From assembly GCF_000315625.1 (NCBI RefSeq), contig NW_005434586.1, forward strand, positions 14,790-55,147: a stretch of 40,358 bases of DNA, read 5' to 3'. Each line of letters opens with the position of its first letter. Position 1 is the first letter of the stretch. The notes under the pieces were generated by a model. That model saw nothing but the letters and a program-made list of their open reading frames with translations, was not told the origin of the DNA and searched no databases. The stretch is from Guillardia theta CCMP2712. Lineage: Eukaryota; Protista; Cryptophyta. The translations under genes were made by a program, and so were the position numbers. Shown here one piece after another: positions 10,294-21,750 of the stretch.

Positions 10294-12347
10294 ATGGCTA
10301 GCGGGGACGATGGAAGAGACTATGATCAGATCATTGAACATTTGTGGCCTTGAGTCTTGCGTCTGCGTTTAACATCGCAATGCACCAGGTGAACATGCAG
10401 GGAGAGGTTTCAGTCTCGCTGGAAAAGGTGAAGGATCTCAAGGCAAGTTGTCGTGACATGGTCTTCTTTTGCTCATGCGTCAGTAGGGCAAAGTTGACTC
10501 TTTCTTGCGTACTCTGGTGGGGAGGGGAGAGAGGAAAGAGAATGACCTGATTGGACAAGACAAGGTTTCAAAGCCCGAGCCGTGTCTCTGTATTGTTTGA
10601 CTCAACTCATAGGGATTGGAACATTTCCTCCTCTGGGATGGATTCAATGAGCGCCTGCAAATGCATCAGGTTGCCATACTTGAGCTTCTTTGCATCTGCC
10701 TCGGATGGTGACAATGATATGGTCTAGGACCCAAAGCTGTCGCGCAAGGATGTACTAAAACACTTCAACGAGAGCGTGTCAAAGGTAATGTGCCTATGTC
10801 TGTGAGCTGAGCAAGACAGAGCCCGTGCCTGACCTGCTTGCGCAGCTTGACGAGATATGCGCGCGCACAAACGAGGTAGTAGGAAGCATGACCACAGAAC
10901 TCATCATCCCCATGGAACTCACGCACAATGCCGGAGAAATTCCTGCAGCAACAGTCTCACGTCTGATCCCCGAAGTTGGTTGAAAGCAAATTGAGGGCTT
11001 TGACCTGACAGTTTGCAAGGTGGAGGCAGCCAACGAGTTGCTGAGCGATGCAGGCAAGGAGCGAATGAAAATGTCCTCCACTCCTTCCATCGCCAAGCAG
11101 CAGGCAGAAAAGTGTGAGGAATGTCGCAGCCGTTATAATGAAACATACAGATGGATACAGCTCAGCACATGCTGGCTACAAGCACTGAGTCGTCCTTGAA
11201 TCGCATCCGCGATTCAATCCGCTCGGTTGTCGCAGGCGCAGGTTTGTTTCCTCTTCACCTGCCGTGGTGGGTTATTTTACCTCAGGGCTGCGCAAGCAAG
11301 CGCGTCGCATGCTGGAGCCAGGTGAGCTTGAGGTGCGAGGATAGGAACCTTGCTCAAGTGCTTGAGCAAGGATGGCATGACCTGGATGCGGAACGAGCCA
11401 TCATCGGAGCTGCACTGGGGGAGAGTGCTCTCAAAGTGATCACAACTTGTCAGGTAAGGCATACTGCACGGCAAGCGGGGAGTGACGCCTGTCTGCAGAA
11501 CTCTGGTTTGAGGTCGATTGACTTCAAGGACAAGGTTGCTGATCCTGTACGATCTCGCGCTGAAACTGTCAACAGGAGCACGAACGTCTTTGGGAAGCAG
11601 CAGAAAAAGTGAAGAACAACAATTTGCTACAGTCCGACCGCCAAGCTTTGAGCACTTTGTTACGCAAGGAGGTGAAGAGGAGGAGGAAAGGAGGAGAGGG
11701 AAGTGACGATTTCCATTCTAGCTGGGAGAAGCAAAGAGACAGCTCATCAACAAGTTGGAACAGCAGGGAAAGAAGAATGCTCCTTGTGACCTTCAAAACA
11801 TGATTGCATCTGTGCTTCTCAAGGTAAACTTCATGTCTCGTGGTGCATCTGACGGAAATGCAGGCAAGACTGCGGCGAGCGTACGAGGCAACGACCAAAG
11901 GTGTGGGCATCCGAACCGAAGCAGGTCCTGCTGGTACCCTGCCGGGCTCTGGAATAGACCCGGTTAAGATCTAGTCTCGGAGTTCCTCCTCTCTGATTGA
12001 CGTTTTGTGCAGAATCGTATGACACAAGCAAACCTTGCGCGAGCTGGGCTGCCGGTACCAAGTTTGGTCATGGAGAGGGGATGGAGAGTGTGGCAGAGAG
12101 ATTGAACGGGTGGGTACGGGGAAGCGGTCAGCTGACGACCCTGGCAGGGAAGAGGAGTGACAGGAGCGTATACAGCAGGCGTCGGTGCGTTGATGATGCG
12201 ATGCTTGCATGTCACGAAGTTGACCACTCGAGCAGGTGCCCAGCCCAACATGGGAAGAAGCATGTACTGATCCTGACTGCTTGCACCGAATTCATGTTGG
12301 CACGAACATGGTACCATCAAACCCTGGGGGTGGTGAAGGATGTGTAA
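10294..12347 (+). CDS. Hypothetical multi-exon, largely alpha-helical protein; ends uncertain
   Basis: Series of short exons separated by ~45-50 bp introns, e.g. DPKLSRKDVLKHFNESVSK|LDEICARTNEVVGSM, LGEAKRQLINKLEQQGKK and ARLRRAYEATTKG. Probable GC-AG donor at 10443. No family recognised. Confidence 0.5.
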
Positions 12348-12407
12348 TAGAAGCTCTCAATCATTCTTCTTGTCTTCGTCCGGACTATCTCGCGACCCCC
12401 GATGAGT

Positions 12408-12645
12408 CTAAACCAGAGTCTTTAGCACACAATCGAGCCAACACGCGGCGATCACCTCATTGCGAATGATTCTAGCATAAAATCTCGACCCGCTGCTTGC
12501 GAGCATGCGACTGTCTCGTCCGACAGGACTGATAATCAAATGCCAGCACGTCAGAACTTTTTCTTTCCCACCCCCTCCTGCCTCCCCTTCTCCTTCCTCT
12601 GTTGTGCAATCCTGACCTCGATTCCGCCATGGTAAGCGCGCGCTC

Positions 12646-12682
<37 letters not shown>

Positions 12683-15419
12683 GTCTCTCTCTGTGTGTCT
12701 GTGTGTGTGTCTTGCTCACCTGCTCAATCCTGATGACGAGGTCGGCGCACGTCGCATGACGTCATTCTTCCCCATGATTCCTTCTCCCTGGCTCCCCGAG
12801 CTCATGCTTCGGTCGAAGGGCATGATTCCCGGAGCAGCTTCAGCCTCGTCCGATCGCTCTTGGTAGCGATCGTTTCCCCCTCCTCGCCTCGGGCTTACTG
12901 TTCTCCTCGGGCTCACCATAGTGCGCACATGCGAGTGGACGTCAGGCTCCATCGAGCTCGAGAGCTTCTCGCAGAATCCAGCGCTGGGCGATCGGCTGAA
13001 GGGAAGGATCCCGATGGACTCGGAGGAAAGCTTCCCGCTCGTCTCTCGCCTGTACACTCGGTCGCTGTCAGGCACTTCGCGGGCAAACAGCGAGGGGTCG
13101 AATGAAAGGTCTTCCTCGTCTATTGCCGAGCGAATCGAATTCTCGCTCGCCCCCATCAGGTCATCGAGGCGATATGGACTTGTGTTCTTCCCTCCCATAG
13201 CTCCCCACTTGGGCGTTCGCCCATCCACCCGCTTGAATGAATCTTCATCGCGATCCCTCACAAGCATCGGACTTCTGATCCTTCCGTTTCCATCCGAGGA
13301 GCTCGCACTGCGAATGAACTCCTCAAGAATGCTTCCAGATTTGTGCGATGAACTACTCTGAGAGGATGGCATTGCTGAGCTTGGTTTCTGTTTTTCTCAG
13401 ACAATCACTCTCAACAGTCTTTGAGTAAAGCATAATCAACCTCTTTCTGGGCGTCGACTTGAATGTTAGGTTTGGCCTTCTTGCCTTCCTCCGCTCTTCT
13501 GTTTTCTCTCTCTGCTCCATCTGACATAACAGCTCAGGAGGAAGATAGATATGGCGTGCCATTGCGCACCTTTCCCGCTTGTAATGGTCTCGATGGGGGC
13601 AAAGGCGTCAGGAAGAATTCTGAGCAATATGTGAACGACGCAAGCAATCTTGCACGCCGATTGAATATGTTTAAGAATACAAAACTCACTTCAAAAGCTT
13701 CTGATTGCCCTCGAGATCACTCGTGTAGACATCGAGAAAATCATTCACATCAAAGATCCAACACCTGAATCCACAAATGTAAATCTTTGCTCAAGATCTG
13801 ATCTGCGCAAACATGCAGATACTCTACCTGCAATTCTCGTTTGCCACAACATCACAAGACAATTCAAAATCCTTTCGTATAGGAAGGTCTTCCACTTGCT
13901 CCAAATTATATTTCAAAAGATTTGACAGAATTAGGGCAAAAGTAGCTTCTCCAAAAAACTCTCCATTTTTCACTTCAGTAAAAGGAGAACCGTCAAATAT
14001 GACTTTGGCACTTCCTCTTTCCATGAAAAACTGGGAAAAATTAATTGAAAACAAAAATATTTCAGAAAATCTCACCATGTGGCGTCCAATCTGACCAGAT
14101 TCAACAATGACATGACCACTTGTGAATTGGTCGTTCCGCATGTTTGCTAAGCAGGTGGCTTTGCATTCATCCGTCAATTGTTCCATCAGCTCAAATTTGG
14201 ATGACCGAAGGAAGGGAGGAATTCTCAAGCTAAAAGATGGAGAGACTGCAACTTGACCAGGTTTGTCATTAACGTTATCCTTTGGAGCTTGACACACACT
14301 CAACAGCTTCTCCATGTTCACTTTGTTCATAGCGTTGGAAGGATCTGGTCGTGACGTGTCAAAGTTTGTGTCATACATCCGTTGTTGTGTCAAAGTGTTG
14401 TCCCGCATTCTCTGGTCGAAGACGAACCCTCCTGACGGCGTACGAGATTCAGGCGTGAATCCCTCATCACTCACACCTGCCGACATCTCGAAGTCGCTGC
14501 TCGACTCTAGCTTTCGGTGTACACTCCGAGCGATACCTGTGAAGAGATCTTCGCTCTCGCCAGACATACCACGAGGTCTCCCCATCATGGTCATCGAGTG
14601 GGCCGCCGAGTTGGGTGTCTCCATCCTCGACAAGGTTCCCACACGCGAATCTCTGAAGAGCCTTCCTGCGCCCTGAGGTAACACAATCAGCGAGCTGCAG
14701 GTGAAGAGCAAGGCTTGCAAACCTGTGCGATGCTCAACCTCAGCTCCTCCTGCCGCTTACGGAGAGAGGCATCAAGAGCATTCATCCTCCTCGCGATGAA
14801 CGCGAGAAGGAACCCGATAATTGCGAGAAGCAAAATCGCAAGGAAGAGCATCACGTTGGTCAACATTCTTGTTTCCTCCGCAACCTTGGCTTGCACGAGC
14901 AATTTCATACTTGCATCCACGTCTTTCGACAGATCAAACGACATAATGAGACAAATCTGATTCTAATACAACAAGACAAGTTTGCGAGAGAGAATGCAAA
15001 TCAACGTATCATGATCAATAAAATCGTGCAGTGGTTCCATCGTTTGCAGCTGTTGCATGAAGTCCGAATTCAACCAATTCCTTGGACATGTTCTGCGCGC
15101 TGATATTGTTCTGGTTAACTCACTTGTTGTATAGACTTCAAATTCAGTATGTGAACTTACACATCGTCTGCTTGTTGTCTTGGTTGCCCGCGATACAAAG
15201 AAATTCAGCAAGATACCATAAACCTGGCCTTGTCAAGCTACCGAATTACTCGCAGATTCTTTCCTTAGAGCACATCCTTCCACCTGAAAATCAAAGTCAT
15301 ACCTCCCGTCACCTCCGTCTTTCCGATACATTATTCTCTTCGCTTGTCGAGCACTTTAAATTGCATCGTATCTACTTGCCAGCATGCTGTCCTATCTGGT
15401 AGAGCTCATTAACCTTCAT
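12408..15419 (-). CDS. Single-pass membrane protein with cytosolic cyclic-nucleotide-binding-like (cNMP/CAP_ED) domain and Ser-rich tail; both ends uncertain
   Basis: TM segment VMLFLAILLLAIIGFLLAFIA (~14790-14855). cNMP fold motifs FTSGHVIVESGQIGRHM|FFMERGSAKV...VKNGEFFGEA...DVVANENCR|CWIFDVNDF. Large low-complexity exon at 12719-13400. Confidence 0.75.
12645..12712 (+). repeat. (TCTG)n/(TG)n microsatellite within a minus-strand intron
   Basis: Directly visible tandem TCTG run followed by TC/TG repeats. Confidence 0.9.
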
Positions 15420-16214
15420 CTTATTTCTTCTCATTGATCTTTTCAATCTTTTTCATTCACTCTCTTCTACTTGGACACTTTGGCTTTTTCACCTGCTTTT
15501 TCTTACTTTCTCTGGACATGTCTTGTCACATGGTTGTTTGTTTTCTCCTTTCCCCTCTCCCCCTCCCTCCCTCCCTCCCTCCCTGCTCTCCCTCCCTCCC
15601 TCCCTCCCTCCCTCCATCAGCTCGCATTTTCTGCAGGCTGCCATGCAATTCACTGTAGACGACCCCTCCTTTAAAAAATCCTTGCATCTCTCCTATACCC
15701 CCACCCTCGTCGAATTGCCCCTACCCCTTGCTGCACATCTACCCCTACCCCTCCAGACCCATTACAATGACCCCGCTCTGTTGCCTGCACTCTGCCTCGC
15801 CCCTCTCGGGTACCTGGACTACCCCCTTCTTTCCACAACTTCGAGCATCAGCAGACTCACCACTACCCTACCCGTCACAATGACCCTTCGAATCTATCGG
15901 AACCACCCCTGGGTAGTAGTGTGCGGGACCACAGCGAGGGCGTTGAAATGAGTTTTGATTTTAGAGCGAAACCAAAAACTTTGAAAATTTATAGAAAAAA
16001 ATTCGACATATCTGATACTTTCATACACGATCCAAGAATGCAGGTAGGCAACTCTATCAACTTCAGTTACGGGCCCGACGGCCCCGGCTGCCAGAGCCGG
16101 TCTAGATGTCAATTTATCATATTTGTAACGGAATGTAACGAAGCGATGGAACTCTCACGGGATTCATTTCGCCATCGCCACAGAACATGGCGAGAGTGAG
16201 AAGGAGCAGGCGAG

Positions 16215-16640
<426 letters not shown>

Positions 16641-16889
16641 GCATTGAAACCAGCACCGTCAATACTCTGACCTCTCAGAATTAAGATGGCCCCGCGACAG
16701 AATTCTTGCTTCCTGCACACTCGAAGAGAAGAAACCGCAGCTTATGTTTCGACATGACTCATACAGAACAATTTTTTGAACGACTCGGTGGTCGTCGAAG
16801 AGATTGGCCATGGAGGAATCCAATTGTAAGATACAAAAGGCTTGGTGCTCCTTGACTCTCTCTCCCTTCGCGGGCTAGGTTGGCATAGA

Positions 16890-19800
16890 ATGAACTTTCC
16901 TGGCAAGCTCTTCGATGCATCTGGCGATCCGGCCTTCGACGCTCTTGACTTTGGGGTATCGGGACAGATGCTTTCCTGCGGGAACTCATTCCTCCTTCAA
17001 GGTCAGCATGACAGCGGCAAGCTGATCACAAACAAAGGCCCCCTCTGCTGTGTTGATCGAGGAGTGGAAAGGATGCCAGAGGCCCTGTGGAGCAGTGACC
17101 TGCTTCCTAGGAAGAGAATGTCAGGACAGTTCAGACGATCAACTCTCGATGAATCAGATATAGACATGGTGGACAACGATGGGCAAGATGACATGTCGGA
17201 AGAATCAACATACTTGCTCCGATACCAGGAGCATTGTATGGGAAACTGTTTGGATTCATTCATCCTTGATGATGAAGATGTTATTGTGGCCCAGGTAGAC
17301 GTTGCACACAGTGATTTGAAGCTGTCGAAGCTTGAGAACTTACAAGGCTTTGAGTCGATAAGACTGCGTCCTTTACTACAACAAGATGCGTGCCATGGCA
17401 AGGCAAACACCAAAACCCTCATGCGTGATGAGATCTATGAGCTAGCAAGCACATTACCATTTCACAAAAAAATACGTTCAGACCAAACCTGTCTGTTTGC
17501 AACAAGACGATCAAGGTCAGTGGTGGAGATGAGCACGGAGTTGATGAGGAGGAGGATGATTGAGATTGTGAATGTGACGAATGTCAGTGTTGATGATTTT
17601 GAGATTTGACCTTGAAGGAATTTAAATGCTAATATGAATAGAAAATCGATTGCATATGTTGGCATGATAGCGATTGAGATGTTGCTCTAGCTCTAGCTCC
17701 CGCTCCCGCTTCTCGCTTTTTGTTAATGTCAAAGGAGATAATTGCTCTGAAGATAAGTTGCGACGGTTTTATCGTGTGCCACAGTTCTGCTGATTTTGAG
17801 TTGCAAGGCGTGTTGAGTTTGTCTCGTGCGAGTTGAAAAGGGAAGACGGCAAGGTCTGTGTGCAGAGGAAACAGGAAGCTCATCACCAGCTGGACAACGA
17901 GGAGACTTCCAAGAGCAGAGCGACCTGCTGCGTGTCTTTCAATCCCTTCTGGCAGGAGGAGGCTTGTATCCTCAACACAGACGGGACTGTTGACATCTGG
18001 GATGCTTTCTCGGAGACCGTTGTCGGGTACAGCGGCATGGGAGAGGACGCAAGGGCTGCGGCAGTGCTCGAACAGCCCAACGCGTCACAGGATGCTGTCG
18101 CCTTTCTCCGCAAGCTTGTCCTTCCTTTCGGCCACTGCGTCTGGGGGGCGCATCCTCGAACTGTCCTCTGCTGCCAACCCTACAGGATCTCCCTCCTCGA
18201 CCTGCGAAGCTCTTCCTCCTCCTCCGAACTTTTGCGGATGCCGAACCATATGCTGGGGCAGACAGGGAGATTGTTCTCCTTGTGTGGTGGAAGAGATGTA
18301 GACGGTCGGAACAGCCACGAGTTCATCGTCAGCTCCTCCTCCTTACTCTGCCTCTTTGACATCCGGCAACCCGCCATACCGCTGTTGCGCTGGCTTCACC
18401 ATCAGGAGTTCGATCCTCCTCGTCACCTGCTGCAGTTTCAGTCAAGTCACAAGTCAGTGGAGGAGGCAAAACTTCTCCTCACCGGCTCGTATCAGTGGGG
18501 AGAGATCGTGTGCTACCAGCATGGCAGGTTCGCGGAGGACGCAGCTCCTTGCTCCCTGGGCCTTCCGCACAAAGTGTTCTCCATCGGAGATACCAACCTT
18601 GTTATCCCCAGCAGGAGCTTCCGAGGCAGGCCCGGAGAAGCCTGCAGACGGGTAGAGCTGAGGAGAACTTCTGAGAAGCAGGAGGTGCGAGACTTGAGAA
18701 CCCTGAGCGGACTTTCCTTCTCATGGCAGCCATCTGCCGTCCCCTCCTCCTCCCTCGCCTCTTCCATGGAACTTGGACTCGTTCTTCAGTGCTCACAGTA
18801 CGGAGAAGTTTTCGTTCAGAAGGTTGCAGCTCAAGGAGAAGAGGAAAGATCCTCTGGGGATCAGCTGGGCAGCTGGGCAGCTGAAGGAGCTCCTGACTCG
18901 CCGCAAACTGCCAGGCGGGCCTCATCGAAGAGACAGGAGGCAGGCGAACAAAACCCCGAAGGATATGCTGGGGACGATGAGGAAGGAGCAGGAGCAAAAT
19001 CTCTTCCAGCAGCGTACAACGAGGCTTTGCGAGTGATGGTGTCAACGATGAAGAAGGAAGATGTCGCGGTCAGAAGACAAAGCAGAGCAAAAGCTTTGCG
19101 GACGATGAACATGAAGAAGGAAATTTTCTTGTTTCTCTTTTCCTTCCAGCACTCTCTTCTGCCCTCCCTCCTTTTCTCGTCAATCTCTCCTCGCTGCTCG
19201 TTCCTCGATCTTGATCATACCTCCTCACTGGTCTAACGGCTCAGCAGGTCTTTGAGTTCGGGTTGGGTCTGAGAGACTTTGACGGGAAGGTGAGCAAGGG
19301 AGCGAGACTTCCCGAGCCCTTGATCCTCCGAAGCAGGTAGAACAGAGGAGGAGATGATTGTGTGAGAAGAAACAAGCGGAACGAAAGAGTGGAGGGGGGG
19401 GGGGGGCGGGAGGGGGCGATGGGGGAAGGGAAGCGAGGAAGGGAAGTTGACATCGCTTGGCAGGTCATGTGAGTCATGCGGGTCAAAGTCTCGCTCGCAT
19501 CCTTTGCTCACGTGCTGCTGGTGTAACGCCTGCTGGCACACCTCCTGCTTGAGCTGCGGCCTTGCCCCCCCCGATTGGACTTGCGCATCCTGCTCAGGAG
19601 TAGAGGAAAGAGGAGCGGGAGGTATGCAGGGAGGAGAGAGGAGGAGGCAGTACGGCCCGTGGATGGCTGTTGATCTCTCCTTGAGCCAAAACATCTTCCA
19701 AGGAATCCTGAAGGAGCAAGGCAATAGGACTAGCGCTGGAGGAGCAAGAGGAACAGCGGGGGAGGAGTGGCAAGGAGGAGTGGCAAGAAGGGCGAAGGAG

Positions 19801-21644
19801 GAGGATGCGGAGCTTCTGTCGCTTCTCCTCCCCTTTCTCTCCATCCCCCGAACAATGTTGGACATCCTGCTGTTCCTCTCCCCCAAGGATGCGACCGGAG
19901 GCTTCACCCTCCTCGACCTCAACGACTTCCTTCACCGAGCTGTCGAGGAGCATCGCAAGGTGAGGGACAAGAGCCTAGCACAAGCTGACGAGGAATCAGG
20001 TCATGCTGGTGGAGAGCCGAGGGAGAGCAGCGGCAACGACCTTGCAAGCTGCTTTGCAGATGCAGGAGGAACGAGGCATAGAAGATGGAGCGAGGTGCGA
20101 TCGAGTCTCACAGAGAAGATGGATGATGAGATGGCAGGGGCGAGGAGGAGAGGAGGGGGAGAGATCTGATGGTGAGTATGACCTGCCGTGTCTACGCACA
20201 GAGGAGAGACACTCTCCTGCCTCCGCCTCCTCGCAGTGCAGACAGAAGGAGATGCAAGACGATGGCAGCGATGTCGAGGCTCGCAGAGGAGGAGGGAGCG
20301 TTTAACCCCAGGAGGTTCAGTAGGCTGTCGCATCGGTCTCGCACAAGGTTCAGTCATGAGGATGTAAGAAGAGCTTCTGTCCTACCTTCCCCCGCCTCCC
20401 CCTCTTCCTCTTTGACTCGTCTGTGCTCGCATGTTCCTCGCCTTGCCTTCCTCCTGCTGCCTTCCTCTCACCAGCCGCAGGTCGTGAATATCTTCAGCCT
20501 CCGCCCCCCCTGGAGGTGAGCGGGTGTGTCAGGCTCTCGCCTCCTCTGATGCCCTGCAGGTATCGCGACAGACCCGACGGATCCGTCGAACTTCTTCCGA
20601 CCTCACAGGAGAGCCAGCGAGCGGCGACGTCGCTCATGCTCGAACTTGCCAGCAAGTATCACGTGTACTTTGGTACCATCCGCGACATCTGGATGAAGAA
20701 GGTCCCCGTCCCTCCCTCCCTCCTCCCTCCCTCCTCGTCTTGGTACCCCTTCTCCGCCCTGTTTTTATCACTTACTTCCTCAACCTCGTTTGCATCTCTT
20801 CACCTTACTGGTCTACTCCTCTTGTCACCTTTCCGACTCGTCCCTTCGCAACCTTGTCTCGCCTCCCCGCCTCCTCGCCCCCTCTCCTTATCTCCTCCCC
20901 CTTTTTCTCTTCCTCTCCTCCTCTCCTCCTCTCCTCCAACTCCAACTCCTCCAACTCCTCCCACTCCTCTTCTTATCGCAACCCGTTCTTCAGAAGCACG
21001 CAAAGACCCTGCAGCAGCATTGCTCCTCTTCCCACGTTGATGGCGTGGATCCTGTGGAGATCATGGAGCGGTTGAATATCAACGAGGAGGAGAAGCAACG
21101 GGAGGAAGAGAAACAGGGAGGACAGGAGGGGCAGGGAGAGGACAACACACTCGACGAGAGACGGGCGGATGATGGTGAGGACGAAAGGACAAGGCAGGCC
21201 GACGGATCTGAGGAGCAGGATGCTCTTATGACCCTTGTAAATCGACTTGAGAGGGAGTGGGAGGAGACTCATCCTTCTTTTCGCTCGATAACCTCAGAGG
21301 GTGCGCTTCTCCTCCTTGTCCTCCTCTGCCTTCTCCTCCTCCTCCTCCTTGTCCACTGCCTCTCTCTTCCTTCCATCCTCTCTATCTACTTCATCCTGAA
21401 TGCTTTCACAGCTCGTCGTCCCAAAGACACGCACAGCAAGGAGCAGATGCTTCATCCGCCCTCCTCCCTCCCTTCCTCCCGTGACCCCCCTGGCAAGTCA
21501 GGCACGAGCTCGCTCCTGCAGGACAGTCCAGCTATCTCTGCCAGACCCTCCCTGCTCAAGAGCCCGACTGCGACCCCGGTGAAGCGAAACCTCTCGCGCA
21601 TCCGGCGACAGTCAGGCGCCATGGGGGGAGGAAGCGGCTTCTAG
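16890..21644 (+). CDS. TAF1C: TAF1C/Rrn6-like RNA polymerase I core-factor beta-propeller subunit with an added PHD finger
   Basis: Ordered motifs matching TAF1C: start MNFP, VSFNPFWQEEACILNTDGTVDIWD, WGAHPRTVL..ISLLDLR, LCLFDIRQPAIPLLRWLH and LQCSQYGEVFVQ. C4-H-C3 PHD finger at 19468-19593. Low-complexity C-terminus ends at TAG 21644. Confidence 0.7.
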
Positions 21645-21750
21645 GTGGCCGATGGGAGGTAGAGGGGGAGAGTCAGTCACTCGCGGAGGAGGTGGAAGAG
21701 ACAGGCAGGAAGGGTAGCCGGGATGAGGTATATACAGAATTAATGTACAG

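Noticed and set aside
17003-20357. Antisense ORFs overlapping the TAF1C-like gene (likewise within the ankyrin and KIFBP genes)
   Set aside because: They are shadow frames of GC-rich coding sequence with no recognisable motifs.
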